Positions 20,548-29,116 of a stretch of 64,000 nucleotides of DNA are shown in pieces. Source of the DNA: an uncultured virus (IMG/VR IMGVR_UViG_3300007345_000031) (Duplodnaviria > Heunggongvirae > Uroviricota > Caudoviricetes); IMG/VR virus record IMGVR_UViG_3300007345_000031; one strand, 5' to 3'. Every line of letters begins with the position of its first letter. The stretch's first letter is position 1. The notes under the pieces were generated by a model, which was not told the DNA's origin, made no database searches, and saw nothing but the letters and a program-made list of their open reading frames with translations. Both the position numbers and the translations under genes were made by a program.

Positions 20548-20985
20548 ATGGTAAATCTCATGAAACTGCAACCTCTTCTTCTGGCATTAACTGTTTTTTG
20601 TTCTGCTGCTCCTGCAAGTGCAGAGGTTTATATGTATCATGAATCATATTGCTATGAGAATATAGAAGAATATGTGCCAGGGTATCGTAATCGTTGGGGA
20701 AGATATGTTGGTGGTTATGTAAAGACAACTAGATCTAGAGTTCCATGCCACAGACATAGAAGTTATAGATCTGAACATCATCACTATCATTCCAATAACA
20801 ACAATAATCAAAGCAAATCTAATGGAAAGAAAGACGATAATTCATGTATTGAAGGAAGTATATTAGGTGGTATTGCTGGTGGTGGTGCCGGTGCAGCTTT
20901 GTCTAGAGGAGATGGACGCTTTTGGGCGATTCCTACAGGCATTGTAGCTGGTGCATTAGTTGGATGTCAAATTGATGGCGGCTAA
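20548..20985 (+). CDS. Secreted/membrane protein with C-terminal glycine zipper
   Basis: Signal peptide ending AAPASA; GSILGGIAGGGAGAALS...GIVAGALVGC. Confidence 0.75.
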   Translation: MVNLMKLQPLLLALTVFCSAAPASAEVYMYHESYCYENIEEYVPGYRNRWGRYVGGYVKTTRSRVPCHRHRSYRSEHHHYHSNNNNNQSKSNGKKDDNSCIEGSILGGIAGGGAGAALSRGDGRFWAIPTGIVAGALVGCQIDGG

Positions 20986-21249
20986 ACAAAAAAACATAGT
21001 CACTTATGTAACCATGAATCTGGGGCAAGACAATACGTTTTGCAAATATCCTGGTAAAATGGTTACTATAGGAACGATGTCAATTGCACTATACTGGTTA
21101 GTAATGCTTGGTATGGTTGTAAACGCATATTATCATCATCACATCAACGTTGATATTGTTACAAAGTGTTAAGCAAATAAAAAGAGAATCTTAAAAAAAC
21201 GGATCAGGTCAAAAATTCATAGTAAAATATTTTGAATCACACATAATCA

Positions 21250-21411
21250 ATGACCCGACCATCAAAATCCACCGAACTCACTCAAGAAGAGTGGAACGAT
21301 ATGAAAGCAATCCGAAATGCTATCAAAGAAAGACCACATTCAGTTCATCCTGATAAGATGGAGGCATTTACAGAGTATTTGATTCGTAGCATGAGGGGAA
21401 TGGATTGTTGA
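21250..21411 (+). CDS. Hypothetical 53-aa protein (absent from ORF track)
   Basis: MTRPSKSTELTQEEW...; stop lies 3 nt before repeat copy 3. Confidence 0.6.
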   Translation: MTRPSKSTELTQEEWNDMKAIRNAIKERPHSVHPDKMEAFTEYLIRSMRGMDC

Positions 21412-21462
21412 AACTGGGCCCTTCAAAGTGTTCTGTTAATGTAAGCACCATTCCAATGTAGC

Positions 21463-21645
21463 ATGATAGATTTAGATAAACTTTCGCACGAAGAAAAGGA
21501 AGCCCTTGCAGAAGATTGTGAGGACTATCTTTTACATCGTAACATTCCTCTCTTTTCGCATTCATATGATAACATCATTTTACATGCGTTAAGAGAGGGT
21601 TATCAGATAAAAAAGTTCGATCGTTTCACGAATAAACCACAATGA
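21463..21645 (+). CDS. Hypothetical protein
   Basis: First ORF after repeat copy 3; ATGA overlap with a 48-aa ORF at 21642-21788. Confidence 0.6.
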   Translation: MIDLDKLSHEEKEALAEDCEDYLLHRNIPLFSHSYDNIILHALREGYQIKKFDRFTNKPQ

Positions 21646-21836
21646 ACAATAAAAAAACAAACAAATCAAATCGTCAAGAAGAAAAATTTTGGAATCAAAT
21701 TGAAAAGGAAGCTTCAAAGTATGAAGTAACCGTTGATTATTATTTGGATGAATTTGTTATTGATAATCAATACTTCATGAAAGATTGACAAGGACTTCAT
21801 TTTTTATTATACTTTTGAGGTAATCTAACCAAATCA

Positions 21837-22073
21837 ATGACAAAGTATTTCTACACTGTTGACCACTTCATTCCCTTTCCCCGTTCTGAATATGGTGGAG
21901 TGTGGGTTGTTGTTGCCGAAAATGATGAAGAATGTTTTGATCTGATCACTGCTGAAGATGAAGGAGCGAACGATGACTATTATGGTCGTCTTCGTGAAAA
22001 CATCATGAAGGCACCAACATATGCTCTTGCTGAAGAGTATGATTCTGGTATTGTGGAGCAATTTACGACATGA
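21837..22073 (+). CDS. Hypothetical acidic protein
   Basis: Follows the promoter at 21785; GAGG SD. Confidence 0.7.
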   Translation: MTKYFYTVDHFIPFPRSEYGGVWVVVAENDEECFDLITAEDEGANDDYYGRLRENIMKAPTYALAEEYDSGIVEQFTT

Positions 22074-22357
22074 ATCTCAAAGATATTGAATTTGGTCATA
22101 AACCACCAAAAGGATTTCGGTATGAGGTAAGAGATTTCAAACGTAATGTTATTTCTATTTGGTTATGTCATCCAAATGTATACACATACAAATCTGAACC
22201 CATAAAAACAATCTGGGGATTTTATGATACCAAGAAAAAACAATATCTTGCTCCTAAAGATTGTAAAACTGTAGGTAAAGTTGTAGATTTTGCAGATACA
22301 AGAAATTATACTGCGATGCAACTCAATCTAAATCCTCTAGAGAGAGCTTTTTTATGA
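22070..22357 (+). CDS. Hypothetical protein
   Basis: ATGA-coupled to both neighbours. Confidence 0.7.
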   Translation: MNLKDIEFGHKPPKGFRYEVRDFKRNVISIWLCHPNVYTYKSEPIKTIWGFYDTKKKQYLAPKDCKTVGKVVDFADTRNYTAMQLNLNPLERAFL

Positions 22358-22626
22358 CATATACGCCAAAGGTTAATGATTATGTAAAATGGCATCATGG
22401 CGAATTTATTGATGAAGGATGGGTTTATTTTCGATGTAGTGATTACATCACAATTGAAGTTGGAACAAAGGATAAACCAGATACATTAGTTGATATTCAC
22501 AAGAAGACTCACATTCTTGTTGTATGTCAAAACTGGTATTGGCACGAGTTAGAGTATCTCCACAGTCGTGGGGATATTGGTGTAAGTGAGTATAAATCTC
22601 AAGAACATAGACCCATTGACCCTTAA
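22354..22626 (+). CDS. Hypothetical protein
   Basis: ATGA-coupled; followed by a 47-aa ORF at 22630-22773 ending 3 nt before repeat copy 4. Confidence 0.7.
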   Translation: MTYTPKVNDYVKWHHGEFIDEGWVYFRCSDYITIEVGTKDKPDTLVDIHKKTHILVVCQNWYWHELEYLHSRGDIGVSEYKSQEHRPIDP

Positions 22627-22823
22627 ATCATGTATCAAGTGAATTATCTTAAACCTAAAAAGAAAGGTTTTGCAAATCATTCAGCATCTTTCATCAAAAT
22701 TGAAGATGCTATTTTTTGGGAGAAACTCAAAAAGACAGAGGGATGTAAGGATTTTCAAATTCTGGTTAAGTAAAACTGGGCCCTCTAAAGTGTTCCACTA
22801 TTGTAATCAACGATTCACACAAA

Positions 22824-22964
22824 ATGGATTGGTTCGACGACATTCAAATTGAAGAACTTTCTAACTTTGATTATCAAGAAGATCCTCTCGAAGAGGAACT
22901 CTTTGAAGAAAACAATGATGAGAAAGCTTTTCAAGCATTTCTAAAGTCTAACTGGGATTTTTGA
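22824..22964 (+). CDS. Very acidic 46-aa protein (absent from ORF track)
   Basis: MDWFDDIQIEELSNFDYQEDPLEEELFEENNDEKAFQAFLKSNWDF; first ORF after repeat copy 4. Confidence 0.6.
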   Translation: MDWFDDIQIEELSNFDYQEDPLEEELFEENNDEKAFQAFLKSNWDF

Positions 22965-23003
22965 TCTAAACATTTATAACTTTTCACCTCAACTGTACTC
23001 AAA

Positions 23004-23183
23004 ATGAACTCTTCTAGCACTCTTTACGAACTCCAAGAACTCAAGAAACTCTGGAGGAATCAATCTTTCTACTTTTCTCAAGAGCAAAAGAAACGTTATG
23101 AAGAACTTACGAAACTTCGTCATGCTCGTGTCAAAGAATTGTATGAAAATGATATGGTCTTCAAACCTGGAGTAACTAAATAA
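23004..23183 (+). CDS. Hypothetical 59-aa protein
   Basis: MNSSSTLYELQELKKLW...; open frame in the strand and style of its neighbours. Confidence 0.6.
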   Translation: MNSSSTLYELQELKKLWRNQSFYFSQEQKKRYEELTKLRHARVKELYENDMVFKPGVTK

Positions 23184-23277
23184 TCTGAATATATGTGGGC
23201 AGTCAACGCTGCAGGGGTGTAATGTTGACGTAAGTCCCACTTTATGTTATAAATAATGATACCCCTGCAAAAGAATT

Positions 23278-23586
23278 ATGAAAGATGTATTCGCGTCCCT
23301 GCAAGAAATGGAGTGGGACGACTATATCCCACCCGAAGATATTATCTCCATTCATGATACCGACTTCACAAAACTTCCACGCTGCGAATGGAAGACTAAA
23401 AGGTATTGGTGGAATAATGGAGTTGATGAAACATTGCAAGAAAAATGTCCTCCTGGATGGAAAAGGGGCAGGGCAATGAGTGAAGAGCATAAAAATAAAT
23501 TTAAATGTCAACCTGGCAGGCAAAAAGGTATCCCAAAAAATACAAACAGAAAAAGAGACAGTAAAGGGAGAGTTTGTGGCAGTTGA
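23278..23586 (+). CDS. NUMOD-type DNA-binding protein or homing endonuclease remnant
   Basis: YWWNNGVDE...PPGWKRGR and MSEEHKNK motifs; no nuclease domain visible. Confidence 0.55.
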   Translation: MKDVFASLQEMEWDDYIPPEDIISIHDTDFTKLPRCEWKTKRYWWNNGVDETLQEKCPPGWKRGRAMSEEHKNKFKCQPGRQKGIPKNTNRKRDSKGRVCGS

Positions 23587-23653
23587 AGAGGTGTCCCTGA
23601 CCCCTTGACTTCTAGCGGCAATAAATATAAGATATGAGTAGTCAAGAACACCA

Positions 23654-24223
23654 ATGAAAACCTTTTCTTCTTTTTTAGCAGAAGTTTATGATCGTGATGT
23701 CATGGGTTCTTCACAAATTCGCAAACAAGGCGAAGGTGGAAGAGTTGGAGCTGATCGTAGAAAGACAGAAGCTGAAAAGCGTCGCACCAAGTTAGGACCA
23801 GGAGGAACAAGAGTTCCTGCTAAATCTTACAAACCAAGAAAAGATATTGGTACGCAAAGACAAGCATCTACAAGATTGCAGCAACCAGAGAAAGAAAGAG
23901 GTGCTGCTGATGTAAAAGCAAGAGCAGCTGCAGCAGCAAAGGAAGAAAGAAAGAAAGCAGCACAGGCAAGAATTGCTGCAAGAAAAGCAGGCAAACCTGC
24001 ACCAACAGCACAAAAACCAAAATCAAAAGATGCTGAAAAGGAAGGCACTAAATTACTCTCAAAAAAAGGGACTACTCAAAAGAAAACTGGTGAGAAAATT
24101 GAAAGAACAACTTCACGCCAATACACCAGAGATGAAAAGAAAAGAATGGTAAGAGCTGGCAAGAGATTGCAAAAAGATTTGCAAAAAGGAGTTGATAGAC
24201 CTGCTTCACATTACCAACCATAA
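23654..24223 (+). CDS. Highly basic protein, candidate internal head protein
   Basis: N-terminus MKTFSSFLAE resembles the T4 capsid-targeting sequence; K/R/A-rich; late promoter at 23621. Confidence 0.65.
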   Translation: MKTFSSFLAEVYDRDVMGSSQIRKQGEGGRVGADRRKTEAEKRRTKLGPGGTRVPAKSYKPRKDIGTQRQASTRLQQPEKERGAADVKARAAAAAKEERKKAAQARIAARKAGKPAPTAQKPKSKDAEKEGTKLLSKKGTTQKKTGEKIERTTSRQYTRDEKKRMVRAGKRLQKDLQKGVDRPASHYQP

Positions 24224-24331
24224 TCTCACTGGGCCCTTCAAAGTGTCCTTGTAGTGAGTCCATAATCGTCCATAACACCCTTGACACTGACGTTGAGGGT
24301 GTTATACTATCTTTATCGTAATTCTATTTTG

Positions 24332-25522
24332 ATGGTCACACTTCGTCCTCATCAGCAACGTATTCTTGATCGTATGCTTGCCTATGATAAGGGTCAAATT
24401 ATTGTGCCTACTGGTGGTGGCAAAACTATCTGTATGATTCAAGATGTTGCAGAGAATTGTAAGCACATTGATAACGGAATGACCACGGTTGTGGTTGCTC
24501 CTCGTATTCTTCTTGCAGAACAACTTTGCAGCGAGTTTCTGGAGATTATTGATACAAATTACAATCACATTATGCACGTTCATAGTGGTGAGACACATCA
24601 CTTCTCTACCACTAATCCAGAGAAGATTGCATTGTTTGCTAACACTGCTCGCACAGCTGGTGAGAATGTAATCATCTTCACCACCTATCATTCTCTGGAC
24701 AGAGTTCGTCAAGCAGATATTGAAGTTAATAACATTTACTTTGATGAAGCACACAATTCTGTTCAACGAAACTTCTTTCCTTCTACAGAGTTTTTCTCTC
24801 ATGATGCTGATCGTTGCTATTTCTTTACTGCGACTCCGAAACATTCTCTTACGGTGAGCAAACCAGGGATGAATGACCCAGAAGTTTATGGTCAAGTCCT
24901 GGTCAATGTTCCTGCTCCAGAGCTTGTTGATGGTGGATACATTCTCCCTCCCAAAGTTGTTGTAAAGCAACTTGATATGGTTCAGGATAAGTTCAAGATT
25001 TGGTCTCGTGATTGTGACTTTCTGATGCAGACCATTGATGACCAGCAAACTGATAAAGTTCTGGTCTGTGCTCGCACTACCAAACAGATTGTTGGTCTTA
25101 TCGGTGAGAGTGATTTTGCACTTGAATGTGCCAAACGTGGCATGTCTTGGATGACAATCACCAGCAAGACTGGTGCTATCATTGACGGTCAGAAAGTGAA
25201 CCGTGAGGTATTTTTTGACACTCTCAATGCTTGGGGTAAAGATTCCAACAAGAAGTTTGTGGTTCTTCATCACTCTATTCTATCTGAAGGTATCAACGTA
25301 AATGGTTTAGAGTCGGTAATTTTCCTCCGCAACATGGACTTTATAGGTATTAGCCAGTCTATTGGACGAGTTATACGTCTAGGAGGCAGCCACAAGACCT
25401 TTGGATTGGTCTGTGTGCCCGTTTATGACTCTGTGGGTATCTCTACCTCCCGCAAGGTTCAGGCAGTCGTTGACACCGTATTTGAGCAAGGTTTGCCAGC
25501 AGTTTCGGAGATCCGCAGATGA
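24332..25522 (+). CDS. Superfamily 2 (DEAH, ResIII-like) helicase
   Basis: LRPHQ, PTGGGKT (motif I), FDEAH (II), TATP (III), LSEGIN (V), QSIGRVIR (VI). Confidence 0.9.
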   Translation: MVTLRPHQQRILDRMLAYDKGQIIVPTGGGKTICMIQDVAENCKHIDNGMTTVVVAPRILLAEQLCSEFLEIIDTNYNHIMHVHSGETHHFSTTNPEKIALFANTARTAGENVIIFTTYHSLDRVRQADIEVNNIYFDEAHNSVQRNFFPSTEFFSHDADRCYFFTATPKHSLTVSKPGMNDPEVYGQVLVNVPAPELVDGGYILPPKVVVKQLDMVQDKFKIWSRDCDFLMQTIDDQQTDKVLVCARTTKQIVGLIGESDFALECAKRGMSWMTITSKTGAIIDGQKVNREVFFDTLNAWGKDSNKKFVVLHHSILSEGINVNGLESVIFLRNMDFIGISQSIGRVIRLGGSHKTFGLVCVPVYDSVGISTSRKVQAVVDTVFEQGLPAVSEIRR

Positions 25523-25761
25523 GTTATCAACCAACAAATTCTTATATTCTTGAACCACAACAATCCCCACTAGGTTTTATTGTTGGTAACTGGAATGACC
25601 CTAATGTTTATGCAGCAGTGCCATTGTCTGGTAGTAAAACACAATTAGTTGTTATACATCGCGGGAGACAAATTAAAACATGTCGCAATCGCCAATCAGC
25701 AATCAACTTTATTGAAAAACATAGAAAAGGTAAAAGTGTAGCAAAACTGCCCATTGATTGA
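25519..25761 (+). CDS. Hypothetical protein
   Basis: ATGA-coupled to the helicase; stop 3 nt before repeat copy 6. Confidence 0.65.
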   Translation: MSYQPTNSYILEPQQSPLGFIVGNWNDPNVYAAVPLSGSKTQLVVIHRGRQIKTCRNRQSAINFIEKHRKGKSVAKLPID

Positions 25762-25790
25762 TAGTGGGCCCTTCAAAGTGTCCTTATAGT

Positions 25791-26690
25791 ATGCAGAACA
25801 AACACATCGAACACCCCGAAGATTTTATTCTCACTGGTGACTTATCTGTTTTGGATTGGTTTTGTGAGGATGACAGTTATGTTTCTCTCAAGATTGATGG
25901 TGCTCCCGCTATTGTTTGGGGTATCAATCCTGCCACCAATCAATTCTTTGTAGGAACCAAATCAGTTTTCAACAAGAAACTAATTAAAATCAATGAAACG
26001 CATGATGACATTGATCAGAATCATTCTGGCAATGTTGCTAACATATTACACCATTGTTTTGATTACCTTCCTCGTATCAACGGGATTATTCAAGGTGATT
26101 TTATTGGGTTCGGTGGTAGTGATACTTTTCAGCCCAATACGATTACTTACAAGTTTCCGGAGACGATAACTCAAAACATTATCATTGCTCCACACACTTT
26201 TTATACGGCAGAGCATGATCTTCGAGATGCTATTGCACAACCATTGAAGTTCACTATCACTGACACAATGTATTGTAAGATTGTGCATCCTGATGCGTGG
26301 ATTCTTGATGACATTGATTTGCACAAGTCTGCACGATTTGCACGTCAGATGTCAACTCTGGTTGAATTTGCGACACCAAAGCAACTTCCACTCATCAAGA
26401 AAGTTCTCAATACCTACTTCAAGATTGGTGCAGAGATTGATGAGGATGAAATTGCATATATTGCACAATGTGATGTCAACCTGATTCGGCTTTGGAAGTT
26501 GGTAAGGTCTATCAAACAGGATATGCTTTACATGTGTCAGAATGATTCTGATATGCAATGTGAAATCAATGATGAAGAAGTTGATCATGAAGGTTATGTT
26601 TGCACAAATCAGTTTGGTACATACAAACTGGTAGATCGCGAGGTCTTTAGTCGCCAAAATTTTATTAACGATAAAGTATGGGCCCCTTAA
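25791..26690 (+). CDS. Conserved phage protein with ligase/nucleotidyltransferase-like motifs
   Basis: KHIEHPED, KIDG (KxDG), QGDFIG, HEGYV, KLVDR. Start codon lies at the end of repeat 6; stop lies inside repeat 7. Confidence 0.65.
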   Translation: MQNKHIEHPEDFILTGDLSVLDWFCEDDSYVSLKIDGAPAIVWGINPATNQFFVGTKSVFNKKLIKINETHDDIDQNHSGNVANILHHCFDYLPRINGIIQGDFIGFGGSDTFQPNTITYKFPETITQNIIIAPHTFYTAEHDLRDAIAQPLKFTITDTMYCKIVHPDAWILDDIDLHKSARFARQMSTLVEFATPKQLPLIKKVLNTYFKIGAEIDEDEIAYIAQCDVNLIRLWKLVRSIKQDMLYMCQNDSDMQCEINDEEVDHEGYVCTNQFGTYKLVDREVFSRQNFINDKVWAP

Positions 26691-26719
26691 AGTGTCCTAT
26701 TGATGAGAACGAAATTATC

Positions 26720-27295
26720 ATGAATCTAACTGCAATCGTTGAACTCTATGAGACTGAAGTTGATCAACTTCCCCAGACTCATTTTGAGTTAGGTGGTGGT
26801 GCTGCTCGTTCTGAATCTGGTTTGGTTTATGAGAACCTGATTGAACGTACTTGTAATGAACTGGCTTTAGATGCCCGCAAAAATGATTACAAAAGCACTG
26901 AAGTAGTTGATGGCACTTGCCTGAAGAATCTTCAAGTTGATAAGCACATCTATCGTAATGGTGTGATGGTAAAAGCAGTAGAATCTAAAACATATTTGGA
27001 TGCTTGCTATCTGAAACGTGCTGTAATGGATTTCATCGAACTGGAGCAATCTCCTGAAGTTCCTGAATGGGTAGAGTACGCAATCTTTGCAGGACAAAAT
27101 GCTTGTGGTAAAGATGCTTTTGCATACTATCAAGCATTTTTCAAAAAGATTACTGGCAAAGAAGTAAAGATCTTCTTTGTGAATCCTTCCCGCAAGCGTT
27201 CATCTTCTCGCCCCATCTACAAGGAAGAGTATCGTGAAGATTTTAAGCTTGACTCTGTAGTGTATAATGAGTTTGTGGAATGGTTGAACAAGTGA
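26720..27295 (+). CDS. PD-(D/E)XK nuclease, putative type II restriction endonuclease
   Basis: GLVYE...LQVDKH...AVESKTYLD catalytic pattern; directly abuts the MTase gene. Confidence 0.65.
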   Translation: MNLTAIVELYETEVDQLPQTHFELGGGAARSESGLVYENLIERTCNELALDARKNDYKSTEVVDGTCLKNLQVDKHIYRNGVMVKAVESKTYLDACYLKRAVMDFIELEQSPEVPEWVEYAIFAGQNACGKDAFAYYQAFFKKITGKEVKIFFVNPSRKRSSSRPIYKEEYREDFKLDSVVYNEFVEWLNK

Positions 27296-28032
27296 TGCTG
27301 TATAACGATGATATGTTCAATGTTCTGGGCAATCTTGAACCCCAGAGCATTGATCTTTTGCTGACAGATTTTCCCTATGGCACACTCAACAAGTCCCGTA
27401 ATCAATGGGATCGTGTGATTGATTATGAAAAGTTCTGGGAGATTGTTGATATTATCTGCAAACCAAATTGTGCTATCATTTCTACAGCAGCACAACCATT
27501 TACATCGGTATTGATCTCTACAAATTATAGGGATTTTAAGTATTGCTTGGTATGGGAAAAAAGTAAAGCAACTGGATACCTGAATGCTAAAAAGCAACCG
27601 ATGAGAGCACATGAAGATATTGTAGTTTTTTACAAGAAACAACCAATCTACAATCCCCAGATGACAAAAGGTACTCCATATGATAAGGGTAAAGCTGTGA
27701 GGGATGCAGAACAATATGGAAAGCAAACTAAAGCTGTGCATGTCAAAAATGAAGATGGGACAAGATACCCTCGCAGTGTACTATATTTTAAGACAGCAGA
27801 AGATGAGGGTAAATTGCATCCTACACAGAAACCTGTTGCACTCTATGAATATCTGATTCGCACATATTCTAATGAAGGTGATACTGTGCTCGATCCTTGT
27901 ATGGGTAGTGGCACCACTGGAATTGCTGCTTTTAATACTAATAGAAACTTTATTGGAATTGAACGTGAAAAGAAATACTTTGATGCTGCACAGGAAAGGT
28001 TAAATCTACCACTATTGAATGCGATGGCATAA
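27280..28032 (+). CDS. DNA N4-C/N6-A methyltransferase (beta class)
   Basis: LLTDFPYG (motif IV variant), HPTQKP, VLDPCMGSGTTG (motif I), FIGIE. Confidence 0.9.
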   Translation: MVEQVMLYNDDMFNVLGNLEPQSIDLLLTDFPYGTLNKSRNQWDRVIDYEKFWEIVDIICKPNCAIISTAAQPFTSVLISTNYRDFKYCLVWEKSKATGYLNAKKQPMRAHEDIVVFYKKQPIYNPQMTKGTPYDKGKAVRDAEQYGKQTKAVHVKNEDGTRYPRSVLYFKTAEDEGKLHPTQKPVALYEYLIRTYSNEGDTVLDPCMGSGTTGIAAFNTNRNFIGIEREKKYFDAAQERLNLPLLNAMA

Positions 28033-28072
28033 TTGGGCCCCTTAAAGTGTCCTATTGATGTAGGTAAAGATT

Positions 28073-28588
28073 ATGATTTCACTTCCTAACCCAAACAGAA
28101 CCATGATTGTTGAATCTACCAATTCTGAAACTTTTTCTGATTTCTGTGCTCAACGTGATGCACAGAATACCATTCAGTTGAATGTCACAAAGTATTGTTT
28201 TATGCTTTGTGATGCACTGCTGAAGAATTTCATTGATTACAGCATCAAGTCTCATCAACGTGCGATTGCTAACTACAACTACACTTATGGTAATGATGAT
28301 TCAACTCAATCAAATTATCATCAGGCATGTATTGAAGACCTGAAGAATGGTCAATGTGGTTATGAGTTCACTGTAGAGTCTGGTCGTAAGTATCACAAAA
28401 TTATGATGAGTGCCAATGGTTCTCGTTCCGTTCATGCTTTTGTTGATAGAAAGACTGGCGAAGTTTACAAACCTGCCAGTATCAAAGCTCCTGCCAAAGG
28501 TGTTCGTTATGACTTGCGATTGATTGAACAACGTGAATGGTTGTTTGAAAATGCAGATTGGGCAGGAGGGTATCTTTATAAGAGGTAA
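28073..28588 (+). CDS. Conserved phage hypothetical protein
   Basis: GRKYHKI...SVHAFVD..TGEVYKPAS.KAPAKGVRY. Confidence 0.7.
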   Translation: MISLPNPNRTMIVESTNSETFSDFCAQRDAQNTIQLNVTKYCFMLCDALLKNFIDYSIKSHQRAIANYNYTYGNDDSTQSNYHQACIEDLKNGQCGYEFTVESGRKYHKIMMSANGSRSVHAFVDRKTGEVYKPASIKAPAKGVRYDLRLIEQREWLFENADWAGGYLYKR

Positions 28589-28624
28589 TGTGCTATACTG
28601 AACATGTTCAATTAAGAGGTTATT

Positions 28625-28985
28625 ATGAACGATCAACGTCATTATCATACTGAAAGTGAGCGTAAACAACTTGATGGAGTTGTCACTGATTCTGATATAA
28701 ATGGGTGGAACATTTCTAAATTGAATCGCATGAAAGTTCGTGCAAACAATCTTCCTGATGACTCTCTGATTATTGATGATGAACTACACTAAACAACAAC
28801 TTGTTGATGCACTTCAACATGAATATGAGTACATGATTCATGATGATTATGATCCTGATGTTGATATGACTCTGGAAGAACATCTTGAATGGTTACATAC
28901 ACTGACCATTCAAGAATTGGTTGAAGAAACATCAACCGATGAAGATTATTATACGCTTGATCAATTCATGTATAATCATTCATGA
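28625..28985 (+). CDS. Two small overlapping hypothetical ORFs (28625-28792 and acidic ~28776-28985)
   Basis: GAGG SD before 28625; second ORF is D/E-rich. Confidence 0.55.
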
Positions 28986-29116
28986 CAAGTAAAGAAAAAC
29001 TTCTGTTCATTTCATCATTCGTTTGGTTTCTACACTGGGGAACATGTCTAGCATCTACACTTCTGGATACGGTTATTCTAAAAAGCTCTGTGAGAGTGTT
29101 ACCTCTTGGTTTTTGA
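28982..29116 (+). CDS. 44-aa hydrophobic peptide overlapping the next gene
   Basis: MTSKEKLLFISSFVWFLHWGTCLASTLLDTVILKSSVRVLPLGF; ATGA-coupled to the upstream stop. Confidence 0.5.
   Translation: MTSKEKLLFISSFVWFLHWGTCLASTLLDTVILKSSVRVLPLGF

Noticed and set aside
23578..23600. GGCAGTTGAAGAGGTGTCCC as a 15th repeat copy
   Set aside because: Shares only GTGTCC; no GGGCCC box. It may be a separate upstream element of the 23605 promoter.
24302..25273. 323-aa antisense ORF
   Set aside because: Mirror of the helicase frame caused by codon bias; no recognisable motifs or expression signals.
19954..26719. ORF-track starts at 19954, 25758 and 26678 (MGPSK, MIVGPSK, MGPLK)
   Set aside because: These extensions merely translate the repeat; true starts are more likely 19996, 25791 and 26720.
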